The notes beneath the pieces are model-generated. The model searched no databases. It was given only the letters and a program-made list of their open reading frames with translations, and was not told where the DNA came from. From positions 1,357 to 65,356 of the forward strand of contig JBCCXY010000007.1 in the NCBI GenBank assembly GCA_039190895.1: a DNA stretch of 64,000 bases, given 5' to 3'. The stretch's first letter is position 1; every line of letters starts with the position of its first letter. Source of the stretch: Pseudomonadota bacterium. Lineage in GTDB: Bacteria > Pseudomonadota > Alphaproteobacteria > Rhodobacterales > Rhodobacteraceae. Position numbers and translations under genes: made by a program. This document shows positions 34,548-43,537 of this stretch, in pieces.

Positions 34548-35851
34548 CCCAGACCGCAGACGCCATCATCATCGGCACCGGCGTGATCGGCACTGCCACC
34601 GCATTCGAACTGGCCAAACGCGGGTTTAAGACCCTGTCCGTCGACCGCAACACCGCAATCGGGCAGGGCAGCACCGCCGGATCCTGCGCGATCATCCGGA
34701 TGCACTACTCGACCTTCGACGGCACCGCGTTTGCGTGGGAGGGCTACCACTACTGGCGCGACTGGGCCGACTACCTGGGCCTCCCCGCGTCGGAAGAGTT
34801 GATCAAATACGTCGAATGCGGTTGCCTCGTGATGAAAGCCGAAGGCAACGGCCATCTCGAAAAACACATCCGAAACAGCGCGTTACTGAGCATACCTCAC
34901 GAAGAATGGACCACCGACCAAATCACCCAACGCTTGCCAATATACGATCTAAAGCGCCACGCCCCCGCCAAACGCATGTCCGACGATGGTTTCGGCGAAC
35001 CCACCGGCGGCACCCTGACGGGCGGGGTCTTCTGGCCCAACGGCGGCTACGTCACCGACCCCGCGCTGTCGTCACAAAACCTTGCCGCTGCGGCCAAACT
35101 CCACGGCGCAGAATTCCTCCTCGGCGTCGAGGTCACAGACATCCTCAAAGACGCTGGTCGCACCAAAGGCGTCCGCCTCGCTTCTGGCGAAGAGCTGCAC
35201 GCCCCCATCGTCGTCAACGTCGCCGGGCCCGGCTCCGCCATCGTGAACCGCATGGCAGGGGTCACAGACGAGATGACCATCGAAACCAAACCCCTCCGCC
35301 AGGAAGTCGTCCATGTCCCGGCCCCCGATGGCTTCGCCTTCGAAGGCGACGGCATGGTCGTGTCCGACACCGACATCGCCTGCTACTGCCGCCCCGAACA
35401 CGGCAACCACATCCTCATCGGCTCCGAGGACCCCGAATGCGACCCGCATGTCTGGACTCCCGACGACAAGGACTACAACCGCGAGTTCACCGATCAGTGG
35501 ACAACGCAAGCCATGCGCTACGCCCAACGCGTCCCCAGCCTCGGCATCCCGTCCCGAACAAAAGGCGTCGTCGACCTCTACGACGCCTCCACCGACTGGA
35601 TCCCGATCTATGACAAGACGTCGCTTGGCGGCTACTACATGGCCTGCGGCTCCTCCGGAAACCAGTTCAAGAACGCCCCCATCGCGGGCAAGATGATGGC
35701 CGCCCTCATCGACTACTGCGAGGACGGCCATGACCACGACACCGCGCCCCTGAACTACACGCTCCCCTACATCGGCCAGGACATCGACGTCGGCTTCTAT
35801 TCCCGCAAACGCGCGATCAACTCCGAATCCAGCTTCTCCGTTCTGGGGTAA
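34544..35851 (+). CDS. FAD-dependent oxidoreductase (DAO family; sarcosine/dimethylglycine-oxidase-like)
   Basis: N-terminal dinucleotide-binding motif IIIGTGVIGTATAFELAKRG; 435 aa. Confidence 0.8.
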   Translation: MTQTADAIIIGTGVIGTATAFELAKRGFKTLSVDRNTAIGQGSTAGSCAIIRMHYSTFDGTAFAWEGYHYWRDWADYLGLPASEELIKYVECGCLVMKAEGNGHLEKHIRNSALLSIPHEEWTTDQITQRLPIYDLKRHAPAKRMSDDGFGEPTGGTLTGGVFWPNGGYVTDPALSSQNLAAAAKLHGAEFLLGVEVTDILKDAGRTKGVRLASGEELHAPIVVNVAGPGSAIVNRMAGVTDEMTIETKPLRQEVVHVPAPDGFAFEGDGMVVSDTDIACYCRPEHGNHILIGSEDPECDPHVWTPDDKDYNREFTDQWTTQAMRYAQRVPSLGIPSRTKGVVDLYDASTDWIPIYDKTSLGGYYMACGSSGNQFKNAPIAGKMMAALIDYCEDGHDHDTAPLNYTLPYIGQDIDVGFYSRKRAINSESSFSVLG

Positions 35852-35924
35852 TTCCGGCCTGCCGATTGTGCTCGTCCATCGCTTCGGCCATCTTCGGCCC
35901 ACGTTGTACAGCTTTGGACCAGTG

Positions 35925-36710
35925 ATGAACTACAATACCGCGCCCCGCCCGACCTTTCACCTTGCCGCATTCGCCATTGCCGTGATGCTCGGGCTTGTTG
36001 CCGTCGACATGGCTTTAGACGGGGGCGTCCGCGCCTGGTTGTTGAATGAGCAAATCTCGACACGCCTCTTCGTCCTGCTGCTCCTGTTCTACTTCGCACA
36101 GTGGATGGCCTACTTCTTCTCGGTCATCTTTCAGCCGCTTCGAATTCAGTCACTCCGGGTCCTACTGTTCAGTAGCTCGGGTGAGCCCGACGTCAGCACA
36201 GTGCGCGAGAAGGGGCGATCCGTCCTCACCACCCAGGCAATCTTCACGGCAATATCCGTGTTTGTCATTTCCGCCCTGTATCGCGGGGGCGGCCCGTCTC
36301 CCGACCCATTTACCGACTGGAATAGCCTGTCATTCTATTTGGTGCTGGGGGCCGCCGTCTGTGCGGTCGTATTGCTTATCGTGTCAGCCGATGCCGTCGA
36401 AACCACGTTCAACGAATTCGGCCCGACAGGACAACACTTCGTCCAGTATTTCTACAAGGTCTCCCGATATCGGAAATACTACGGTTTCGTGCTGGCGGTG
36501 CTATCTGTCATCCTATTCGTCAGTCGAATATCACCTGCAATCGGATGCCTCGCAGTCATCCTGTTTCTCGTCTGCGGATATCATCTTTGGTTCCCAAGCC
36601 CGAATGGCGGAACCGCGTGGTTGAACTTCTTTGCTTACCTTGCCTTGATCGCGATCTTCGTCGCGGCGGGGCACTATTATATCAGGGATGGGCTCACGAG
36701 TTTTGTCTGA
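35925..36710 (+). CDS. hypothetical polytopic membrane protein
   Basis: Multiple hydrophobic helices. Lower GC. Start uncertain; the track ORF begins at 35868. Confidence 0.4.
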   Translation: MNYNTAPRPTFHLAAFAIAVMLGLVAVDMALDGGVRAWLLNEQISTRLFVLLLLFYFAQWMAYFFSVIFQPLRIQSLRVLLFSSSGEPDVSTVREKGRSVLTTQAIFTAISVFVISALYRGGGPSPDPFTDWNSLSFYLVLGAAVCAVVLLIVSADAVETTFNEFGPTGQHFVQYFYKVSRYRKYYGFVLAVLSVILFVSRISPAIGCLAVILFLVCGYHLWFPSPNGGTAWLNFFAYLALIAIFVAAGHYYIRDGLTSFV

Positions 36711-37620
36711 TCTTGCGCAAAATCCCCTACTCTTTGGCATTTTCGCAGCACTTCTCTGGGCCCTATCATCACCCGTAATTTCCCGCGGCTTGCAAGCGGC
36801 CAGCACCATGTCCTGGCCACCGGAGACAGTGGTGCTCGGCTTAAACCTCGCCGTGATTACAGGAGCTTGCAGCCTGACCATCCTGCGCGGCATTCCTCCG
36901 TTGGACCTGTTTCTCGACCCATTCGTCATCGCCGCAGGCCTACTGACGTTTCCCATCGGAACGGGCCTCTATTACATCTCGTCCGTCTGGTTTCGAAACC
37001 GCGCCGCACTCGCGGCACAATTCGCTCAGGTAAAGCCAATCATTACCATCTCGTTCGGCCTTCTCGTTTTCAGCGAAGTCCTGAACGTCTGGTCCATTCT
37101 AGCCGCGGGAGTCATCACGCTCGGAATAGCCACCCTCGTCTATGGAGTCATACAAAAACACACCTCGCTTGGCGTCATGTTCTTCGGTTTCATGCTCGCC
37201 TGCGCCTGGGGTCTTGGAGAAGTTGCCGTACGGTTCGCCGGACAATTCGGCCGCTTCGACATCGCGCACGCCTCGCTCGTGGCGGCAATTCTCCCAACCA
37301 TCGCAATTTGGGGAGTTGTAAGAATAATTCGCCGAAATGAACCAGTCTCTTGGCCCGACAAAACGACTCTAATTGCATTTTCAGCACACGGCATTATGAG
37401 CTTCGGCGGCGCCTATTTCTTTTTTTTCGCATCAATTTCATTGCACGGATTATCTCACACCGTCCTGATAACGACATTCTGGCCGGTCCTTGCGATTGTC
37501 ATTTCGTATGTCCTGGATCGAACCACGCTTCAGAACCTGTCCACCGAAACCATGGTCGCGATGACCCTTTTCACGATTGGATCGTTCCTGCATGTCACCG
37601 GCGCTGTGTTGGGCCGCTAG
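36688..37620 (+). CDS. DMT-superfamily (EamA-like) transporter
   Basis: 310 aa with about 10 TM helices and a duplicated EamA-like architecture. Confidence 0.55.
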   Translation: MGSRVLSDLAQNPLLFGIFAALLWALSSPVISRGLQAASTMSWPPETVVLGLNLAVITGACSLTILRGIPPLDLFLDPFVIAAGLLTFPIGTGLYYISSVWFRNRAALAAQFAQVKPIITISFGLLVFSEVLNVWSILAAGVITLGIATLVYGVIQKHTSLGVMFFGFMLACAWGLGEVAVRFAGQFGRFDIAHASLVAAILPTIAIWGVVRIIRRNEPVSWPDKTTLIAFSAHGIMSFGGAYFFFFASISLHGLSHTVLITTFWPVLAIVISYVLDRTTLQNLSTETMVAMTLFTIGSFLHVTGAVLGR

Positions 37621-39018
37621 ATGCCGAAGTTCGGGACAAGCGGATTACGCGGGCTAGCCGTCGAACTAACGGATGAACTGGTCGCCCAGCATGTGCGCGC
37701 GTTCCTCTCGGTCGTGCCCCCCGCAAAGCAAGTACTGATCGGGCGAGACCTGCGAGACTCGTCCCCCCGCCTCGTCCAGGCCGTAGGGCTCGGCGCCGCT
37801 CAGGCAGGGATCCGCCCCGTCGATTGCGGAGCGCTCCCGACCCCCGCCCTCGCACTCGCCGCCGAACAGGCGGGGAGCCCCGCCGTCATGGTCACCGGAA
37901 GCCACATTCCGGCGGACCGAAACGGGCTCAAGTTCTACCGCGCCGATGGCGAGATCACGAAAGACGACGAGGCCCGCATCCTCGCCGCACTCAGCCCGCC
38001 CGCCGGGGTGGCAACCGTCCAGTGGTCCGCCGATCCGGGAGCCCTGACGGCGTTTCGGGCGCGATATGCGCGGGTCTTCGCGAACACCCTCACCGGTCTT
38101 CGGGTCGGCGTGTACCAGCACAGCTCCGTCGCCCGCGACCTGATGCTCGACCTGCTGCAAGACGCCGGGGCAACCCCGATTCCTCTGGGCCGAAGCAATA
38201 CCTTCATTCCAGTGGACACCGAGGCAGTCGATCCCGCGACCCAGGCCGCCCTCAAACGATGGGCGTCCGATCATGCCGTCGACGCCATCATCTCAACCGA
38301 TGGCGATGCGGACCGCCCGCTCTTGGCGGATGAGACCGGGCGGCTGGTTCCGGGGGACGTGATGGGCCCGCTGGCCGCACAATACCTTGGCGCCGAGGCG
38401 GCGGTGACGCCGGTGTCGTCCAACACCGTGCTGGAGGCTAGCGGAGCCGTCACCCAAGTCGCCCGCTGCCGTATCGGTTCGCCTTACGTCATCGCCGAAA
38501 TGGCCCGCCTCCGCGCCGCCGGTCAGGCCCGCGTCGTCGGCTACGAGGCCAACGGCGGCTTCCTCCTCGGCTACGCGGCAGACATAGACTCCGCCACGCT
38601 CGCCCCCCTCATGACCCGAGACTTCGCACTGCCACTCCTCTCAGTCCTCGCCCTGGCCGCCGCGCAAGGGCAGTCACTCTCCAACCTCGTCGCCACCCTC
38701 CCGCCACGCTTCACGGCGTCCGACCGACTGCAAAACGTGCCGGCCGAAGCGTCCCAAGCCTTGGTCACCCGCCTCCTGAACGGCAACTACGACCTCTTCC
38801 CCAAGCACCTCACCGACGTCGCCCAAGTCGACACGACCGACGGTGCCCGCCTGACCTTCGCCGACCAAAACATCGTTCACATCCGCCCCTCCGGAAACGC
38901 GCCGGAACTCCGATGCTACGTCGAAGCCAGCACCCCCGAAACAGCCCAAACCATCCTCAACGAAATGCTCCAGCGCCTCCACAAGGCCATCAACGCCCAG
39001 CCCGAGCCACGACGGTAG
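37621..39018 (+). CDS. alpha-D-phosphohexomutase family protein (phosphomannomutase/phosphoglucomutase-like)
   Basis: GTSGLRG N-terminal motif and TGSHIPADRNG active-site loop (variant of TASHNP). Confidence 0.75.
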   Translation: MPKFGTSGLRGLAVELTDELVAQHVRAFLSVVPPAKQVLIGRDLRDSSPRLVQAVGLGAAQAGIRPVDCGALPTPALALAAEQAGSPAVMVTGSHIPADRNGLKFYRADGEITKDDEARILAALSPPAGVATVQWSADPGALTAFRARYARVFANTLTGLRVGVYQHSSVARDLMLDLLQDAGATPIPLGRSNTFIPVDTEAVDPATQAALKRWASDHAVDAIISTDGDADRPLLADETGRLVPGDVMGPLAAQYLGAEAAVTPVSSNTVLEASGAVTQVARCRIGSPYVIAEMARLRAAGQARVVGYEANGGFLLGYAADIDSATLAPLMTRDFALPLLSVLALAAAQGQSLSNLVATLPPRFTASDRLQNVPAEASQALVTRLLNGNYDLFPKHLTDVAQVDTTDGARLTFADQNIVHIRPSGNAPELRCYVEASTPETAQTILNEMLQRLHKAINAQPEPRR

Positions 39019-39334
39019 GCCGGGGTTCACCCCGGCACGCGCCGTTCGTCGAGCGCGCGGATGAAAATGCGTCGGTCTGGAGCGGTCCCACAGTGGGACC
39101 TTCTGTAAGGCACTGTAATTGCTTTGGTAATTTGCAGGGCGTGTTTCCAAGGCTTCGGAGTGGCGTATTTGGCTGGGTTACTCCGCAAACTAAGTCGAGT
39201 GAATTAATGGAAGGCCGTCGAGACGGGCGCGACAATCCCTGTGGAGCGGTCGCTGGCGGCGTGCGCCGCGAAGGTGCACCAGAGAGCCCATAACTGCAAA
39301 ATGCTGCATGGGCACGAATGTCAGCTTTCTGATT

Positions 39335-40225
39335 TCAATGTGTTTGCACGCGTGCAATCTCGCGGATCAGTTCATTTGCCTCTGATTTCTTCGTTTGGTG
39401 CCGATAACGCAGTGCAGAAACTGACCGTGAGATTTCAACACCGTCGATAGGTATAGATACGAGACCTGCGTCCGTGGGAATTGCTGTGGTCGGCAAGATC
39501 ACCGCACCTGATCCTTGTCGCGCAAGTTCAATCAACCAATCCACGCGATTAGACCGATAAGACGCGTAGAGTTCGTGACCATAGTTCGCACATGTGCCAT
39601 GCAAAGCATCCCGCATTTCGCAGTTGGGTCTATCGAGCATGGTTGTCTTGGCGAGGGTGGCCAGTGAAACAGCATCGAACTCCGACAACGGATGCGCGTT
39701 TGAAACCACCACTTTGTACTCCTCATCATAGAGATGATCTATTCTATAAAGCTCTTCGCTAACCTGTTCCGCTGAAACGACCACATCAAACTCCCCGTCA
39801 CGCAGCCTGCGCAAGAGCGCGGAAGATGTATCTACAATCAACTCGATTTCGGCTTGCGGCAACCGCGCTCGGATACGTTCCATGGCTGCCGAAATCCGAT
39901 TGAAGCCAATCGTCTCGCCAACCCCGACCGAGATTGGAACCCGCTCCAAGCGCACATGTCGAACCGCCTCTGCCTTGGCCTGTCGGGTTTCATCATGAAC
40001 CTTCTGAAGCCTTGGTTTCATGAGTCTACCAAGGGCCGTCAATCGACACCCAGCGCGGTCTCTTACAAACAGATCACCGCCCAGCTCGTCCTCAAGCTTC
40101 CTGATCGCGGTCGTTAAAGATGGCTGCGAGACATTCGACGCGCTGGCGGCGTGGGTAAAGTTGCGATGCTCGCAAACAGCGAGAAAATATCTGATCTGGT
40201 TCATTTCCAACGCCGCATCCTCCAT
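39335..40225 (-). CDS. LysR-family transcriptional regulator
   Basis: MNQIRYFLAVCEHRNFTHAASASNVSQPSLTTAIRKLEDELGGDLFVR HTH. Alternative start at 40204. Confidence 0.85.
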   Translation of the reverse strand: MEDAALEMNQIRYFLAVCEHRNFTHAASASNVSQPSLTTAIRKLEDELGGDLFVRDRAGCRLTALGRLMKPRLQKVHDETRQAKAEAVRHVRLERVPISVGVGETIGFNRISAAMERIRARLPQAEIELIVDTSSALLRRLRDGEFDVVVSAEQVSEELYRIDHLYDEEYKVVVSNAHPLSEFDAVSLATLAKTTMLDRPNCEMRDALHGTCANYGHELYASYRSNRVDWLIELARQGSGAVILPTTAIPTDAGLVSIPIDGVEISRSVSALRYRHQTKKSEANELIREIARVQTH

Positions 40226-40369
40226 CACATCCCTTTCTGGGTCACCCAATCAACTTCAATAGCCTGTGTCTATCGAAGAATAGAAGTTCGGAATTGGTGC
40301 CTGAACCATCCGGCGTGAGAGAAGAGTGCATCGAAACAATCACGATGACACTCAAATCATGAGACGAAA

Positions 40370-41089
40370 ATGAAAACGCAAATCCTTCAGACACTCGCCG
40401 CTTTGGCTCTAGTCACAACTTCTGCAACCGCACAGGACAACCCAATGGAAAATCACACTGCCAGTTACATCGCCATGCCCGCCGCTGTAGGCCAGGCCGA
40501 AGCCTTCGCTGAGTTTCTGGCCGGGGCAGCACCGATCGTAGGAGAAACTGAACCGGGCACCCTTCTTTGGTTTGCTCTGCAAGCCGACGATACTCTCGCG
40601 ATCTTTGACATCTTCGCCGACGACGAAGCGCGCAATGCCCACTTTTCGGGTGCAGTTGCAGCGGCTTTGAACGAAAACGCTGATAAGCTGGTTGCAGGTG
40701 GCTGGGACGATGGCGTTGTCGCGAATATCAACAACTCTGATGTTCTATCGGTCAAAGCCCCGGTCGATCTTTACTCGGCAACAACCGCAACTTACATCAA
40801 GCTCGAAGCAGCACCTGGCAAGGGTCCAGAACTTGCAGCATTACTTACCGCGGCTGGCCCCATCGTTGCCGAGACCGAACCCAAGACGTTGTTCTGGGCC
40901 GCGCTTCAGATCGACGAGAACAACTTCGCCATCTTTGACATCTTTGCCGACAACTCAGGCCGCGAGGCGCACTTTGCTGGTCAGGTCGCAGGTCTGTTGA
41001 ATGAAAAAGCATCGGAGCTTGTTGCGGGCGGATGGGATGATGGTGTCGTGGCAAATGTCCACAACTTCGATATCCTCGCCATCAAGTAG
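40370..41089 (+). CDS. secreted protein with two tandem ABM (antibiotic biosynthesis monooxygenase/Dabb-like) domains
   Basis: Signal peptide (LAALALVTTSATA). Two internally repeated roughly 110-aa units each ending LVAGGWDDGVVAN. Confidence 0.55.
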   Translation: MKTQILQTLAALALVTTSATAQDNPMENHTASYIAMPAAVGQAEAFAEFLAGAAPIVGETEPGTLLWFALQADDTLAIFDIFADDEARNAHFSGAVAAALNENADKLVAGGWDDGVVANINNSDVLSVKAPVDLYSATTATYIKLEAAPGKGPELAALLTAAGPIVAETEPKTLFWAALQIDENNFAIFDIFADNSGREAHFAGQVAGLLNEKASELVAGGWDDGVVANVHNFDILAIK

Positions 41090-41108
41090 CTTGAGCTAGT
41101 TTGGAAAG

Positions 41109-41146
41109 AAGCGCCCGGTGAAAACGCACCGGGCGCTGTGCACTTT
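41109..41146 (+). terminator. rho-independent-like terminator after the ABM gene
   Basis: GCGCCCGGTG-aaaacg-CACCGGGCGC hairpin followed by TGTGCACTTT. Confidence 0.5.
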
Positions 41147-41451
41147 GGAACTCTGTACTCCAAAGCTGACATTGGCGCAGCCGCACCGAAAGCCTGCTTC
41201 GTCCGCAGTGTTTGAATTGGTCGACGGCGTCCTAAAGCCCCTACTGTATTACACTGCTGCCCATGAAACGGGACCGCTGTTAAGGAACGATCTTTGACGC
41301 GTCCCGTCCGTCGTTCCCGACCCCCATGTCCCCGACAAACAGCGACACCTCAATTCCCCGCGTGACGACCCGACAGGGGCCAACCCGTTGCACCGACTGG
41401 GGCCTGAAAGCGCATTCGCTGAAAATATATCTTGAATCCAACACCTTAAAA

Positions 41452-41471
41452 TCGGTCCCCATGGGGACCGC
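41452..41471. repeat. palindromic element CGGTCCCCATGGGGACCGCC (copy 2)
   Basis: 20/20 identical to 8098-8117; followed by an A/T-rich tract. Confidence 0.7.
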
Positions 41472-41479
41472 CGCAAATT

Positions 41480-41510
41480 GACCGGCCCGAGGTCTCCCCT
41501 CGGGCCGGCC
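41480..41510 (-). terminator. hairpin terminator-like structure after the SPFH gene
   Basis: CCGGCCCGAGG-tctcc-CCTCGGGCCGG immediately 3' of the stop at 41518. Weak T-tract. Confidence 0.45.
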
Positions 41511-41517
41511 GTGACGC

Positions 41518-42651
41518 CTAGTCGCGCAGCTTCACGAGGTCGGACATCAGGCCCTCGGTCCCGTTGTGAACCGTCAGCCGTTCGACCTTCCCCGCGATCG
41601 CTTCCAGAGTCTCCAGCTCCTTCAGCCGCAGCATGACCGGGTTCTCCGCCATCACCTTCGCCGTGTTCAGAAGCGAGCGCGTCGCGTTCGTTTCTTCCCG
41701 GCGTCGGATCACGTTGGCCTCGGCCTCCTTCTCGGCCGTGACCACCCGGTTCATGATCTCGCGCATCTCACCCGGCAGGATCACGTCCTTCAGGGCGATC
41801 TCGCCGACCTCGAGGCCGATCTTGGCCATCTCGGTCCGGACCTTCGCGGCCGCGTCCTCAGACACTGCCACCTTGTCCGCCAGAAGCGCGTCGAGGGTCA
41901 GTGCCCCCAACGTCTTCCGGAACGCGAGTTGCAGGGCCAGGTGCAGCGCCTCGGCGAAGTTCTTCACCGATTGCGTTGCCACCAGCGGGTCAACCACCCG
42001 GTAGTCCGCCGTCAGGTTCACCCGCAGCGTCACCCGGTCCGCCGTGAGCAGTTCCTGCCCCACGACCTCACGGGTCAGCCGGCGGGTGTCCACCAGCTTC
42101 ACCAGATGCTTGCGGCCCAGAGCCCAGAACCAGTAAGTCCCGGCCTCCAGCACACGCGTGACCACCCCGTCCACCGACAGGATCCCGACCTTCCCGTCCG
42201 TGACCTCTGCCGAGGTCAGCGCCCGGGTCAGCCCGGCCCGCATCAGCCGCTTGGCCAGCCCCGCCTCGACCTCGTGGGTCTCGGCAAGCGACACGGTGTC
42301 GACCGTCCAGGCCCCGGCATCCGTCCAGTAGACGACCCGTTGCTCCGGCTGGACAAGCTCGTAAGCCCGCCCGTTGCGGTTGACGATCTTCACCTCGTCC
42401 GCTCCGGCCTCGACCACCGTCAGGTGCGCCTCGACCAGATCCGGACGGGTGCGCAGAAGCGCGTCTTCGTAGACCGAGTTGAACCGCGTGGCTTCGAGCG
42501 TGAAGACCTGAAGCTCGACATTCTTCCGAGGCAGGATGTGCTCACCCGCGCCCAGAATGGTGTCGAACCGCCCCTTGCGCAGCACGAGGGCGCGCTTGGC
42601 TTCGGTCAGGGTCACCCGTTGGCGCCCCAGGATCATATCAAGAAATGTCAT
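41518..42651 (-). CDS. SPFH/band-7 domain protein (slipin/flotillin-like)
   Basis: 378 aa from ATG at 42651 with a GGAG RBS; the track ORF is extended upstream. SPFH-like core and a C-terminal coiled-coil. Confidence 0.8.
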   Translation of the reverse strand: MTFLDMILGRQRVTLTEAKRALVLRKGRFDTILGAGEHILPRKNVELQVFTLEATRFNSVYEDALLRTRPDLVEAHLTVVEAGADEVKIVNRNGRAYELVQPEQRVVYWTDAGAWTVDTVSLAETHEVEAGLAKRLMRAGLTRALTSAEVTDGKVGILSVDGVVTRVLEAGTYWFWALGRKHLVKLVDTRRLTREVVGQELLTADRVTLRVNLTADYRVVDPLVATQSVKNFAEALHLALQLAFRKTLGALTLDALLADKVAVSEDAAAKVRTEMAKIGLEVGEIALKDVILPGEMREIMNRVVTAEKEAEANVIRRREETNATRSLLNTAKVMAENPVMLRLKELETLEAIAGKVERLTVHNGTEGLMSDLVKLRD

Positions 42652-43066
42652 CGTCACTCTCCTTCGGTTCTCTCGTACGGTCTCGCTACACGCGATCCTC
42701 CTTTGGGTTGGTTTGGGTTGCGGCCCTTCATGAGCCGACAGGTGTGCTGCGCCCGCGGGCGCGGGAAACTGGTGAGGCCCGGAACCGCCCCGCGCCATGG
42801 TCAGGTGCGGAAGGCGGGCGAGGGGGCAGGGGCGCATCGCGGCGGGGCGTGGGAGCGGTCGAAACCCCTCCGGCCCGGGCGCGCGCGGCCCTGTCATCAT
42901 CCCAACCCTCGGCACAAGGCCAGAGCGGTTGCGGCCCGCCACCGCGACCCCGCGGGGCGTTGGCGTTGGACCGCCCCCGCTGGGACGATCCCGGACCCGT
43001 TTTCTGTAGCCACTTGGGTAAAGTGGACCGGCTCCCAAGGCCGGTGCTCCCTTTGCGGGGGCACAA

Positions 43067-43141
43067 TGGTTGCGTCGACGGGGATCGAACCCGCTACACT
43101 TGGATTAACATTCCAATGCTCTACCAATGAGCTACGTCGCT
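43067..43141 (-). tRNA. tRNA-Asn(GUU)-like, acceptor stem imperfect (possible pseudo-tRNA or att remnant)
   Basis: Minus-strand D-arm GCTCATTGGTAGAGC, anticodon loop ATGTTAA (anticodon GTT), T-arm GCGGGTTCGATCCCCGT, 3' ACCA. Acceptor stem has 5 of 7 pairs with two A.A mismatches when folded by eye. Confidence 0.5.
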
Positions 43142-43142
43142 A

Positions 43143-43217
43143 TGGAGGACGAGGAGGGGGTCGAACCCTCGGCCGGCGGATTAAGAGTCCGCTGCTCTAC
43201 CACTGAGCTACTCGTCC
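43143..43217 (-). tRNA. tRNA-Lys(CUU)
   Basis: GGACGAG-TA-GCTCAGTGGTAGAGC-A-GCGGA-CTCTTAA-TCCGC-CGGCC-GAGGGTTCGACCCCCTC-CTCGTCC-T-CCA. All stems pair. Anticodon CTT. 75 nt. Confidence 0.85.
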
Positions 43218-43393
43218 ACACCGTTCGTCCTCGCGGCCCTGGCATACGGGGGTCGGCAGGGCCGCCCGCACCGGACGAGGCGCGACCTCGATCCGCTAGG
43301 GTCCGTTCGGCTGTGAACGGGAGGCGGTGGATAGGGCGGGGCTGTGAGTCGATCCACAGGGCAGTTTCCCCTGCGTCAGGGGTGTTGCATGAA

Positions 43394-43430
43394 GGTAACA
43401 TTATTGCGCTAACGGGTAATATTATTGCGC
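43394..43430. repeat. AT-rich 16-bp direct repeat (GGTAACATTATTGCGC ... GGTAATATTATTGCGC)
   Basis: Two copies separated by 5 bp in the intergenic region between tRNA-Lys and the 3' end of the SWIM gene. Confidence 0.6.
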
Positions 43431-43537
43431 CACCCTGGGCGGATAGCCATAATGTTGCTCATTTACAACACCTCAGAATTCCGAAACTTGCCGAAGTCAG
43501 AGCGAGGCGAGCCTGCGAGGGCTCGATGAGCGGCGCC

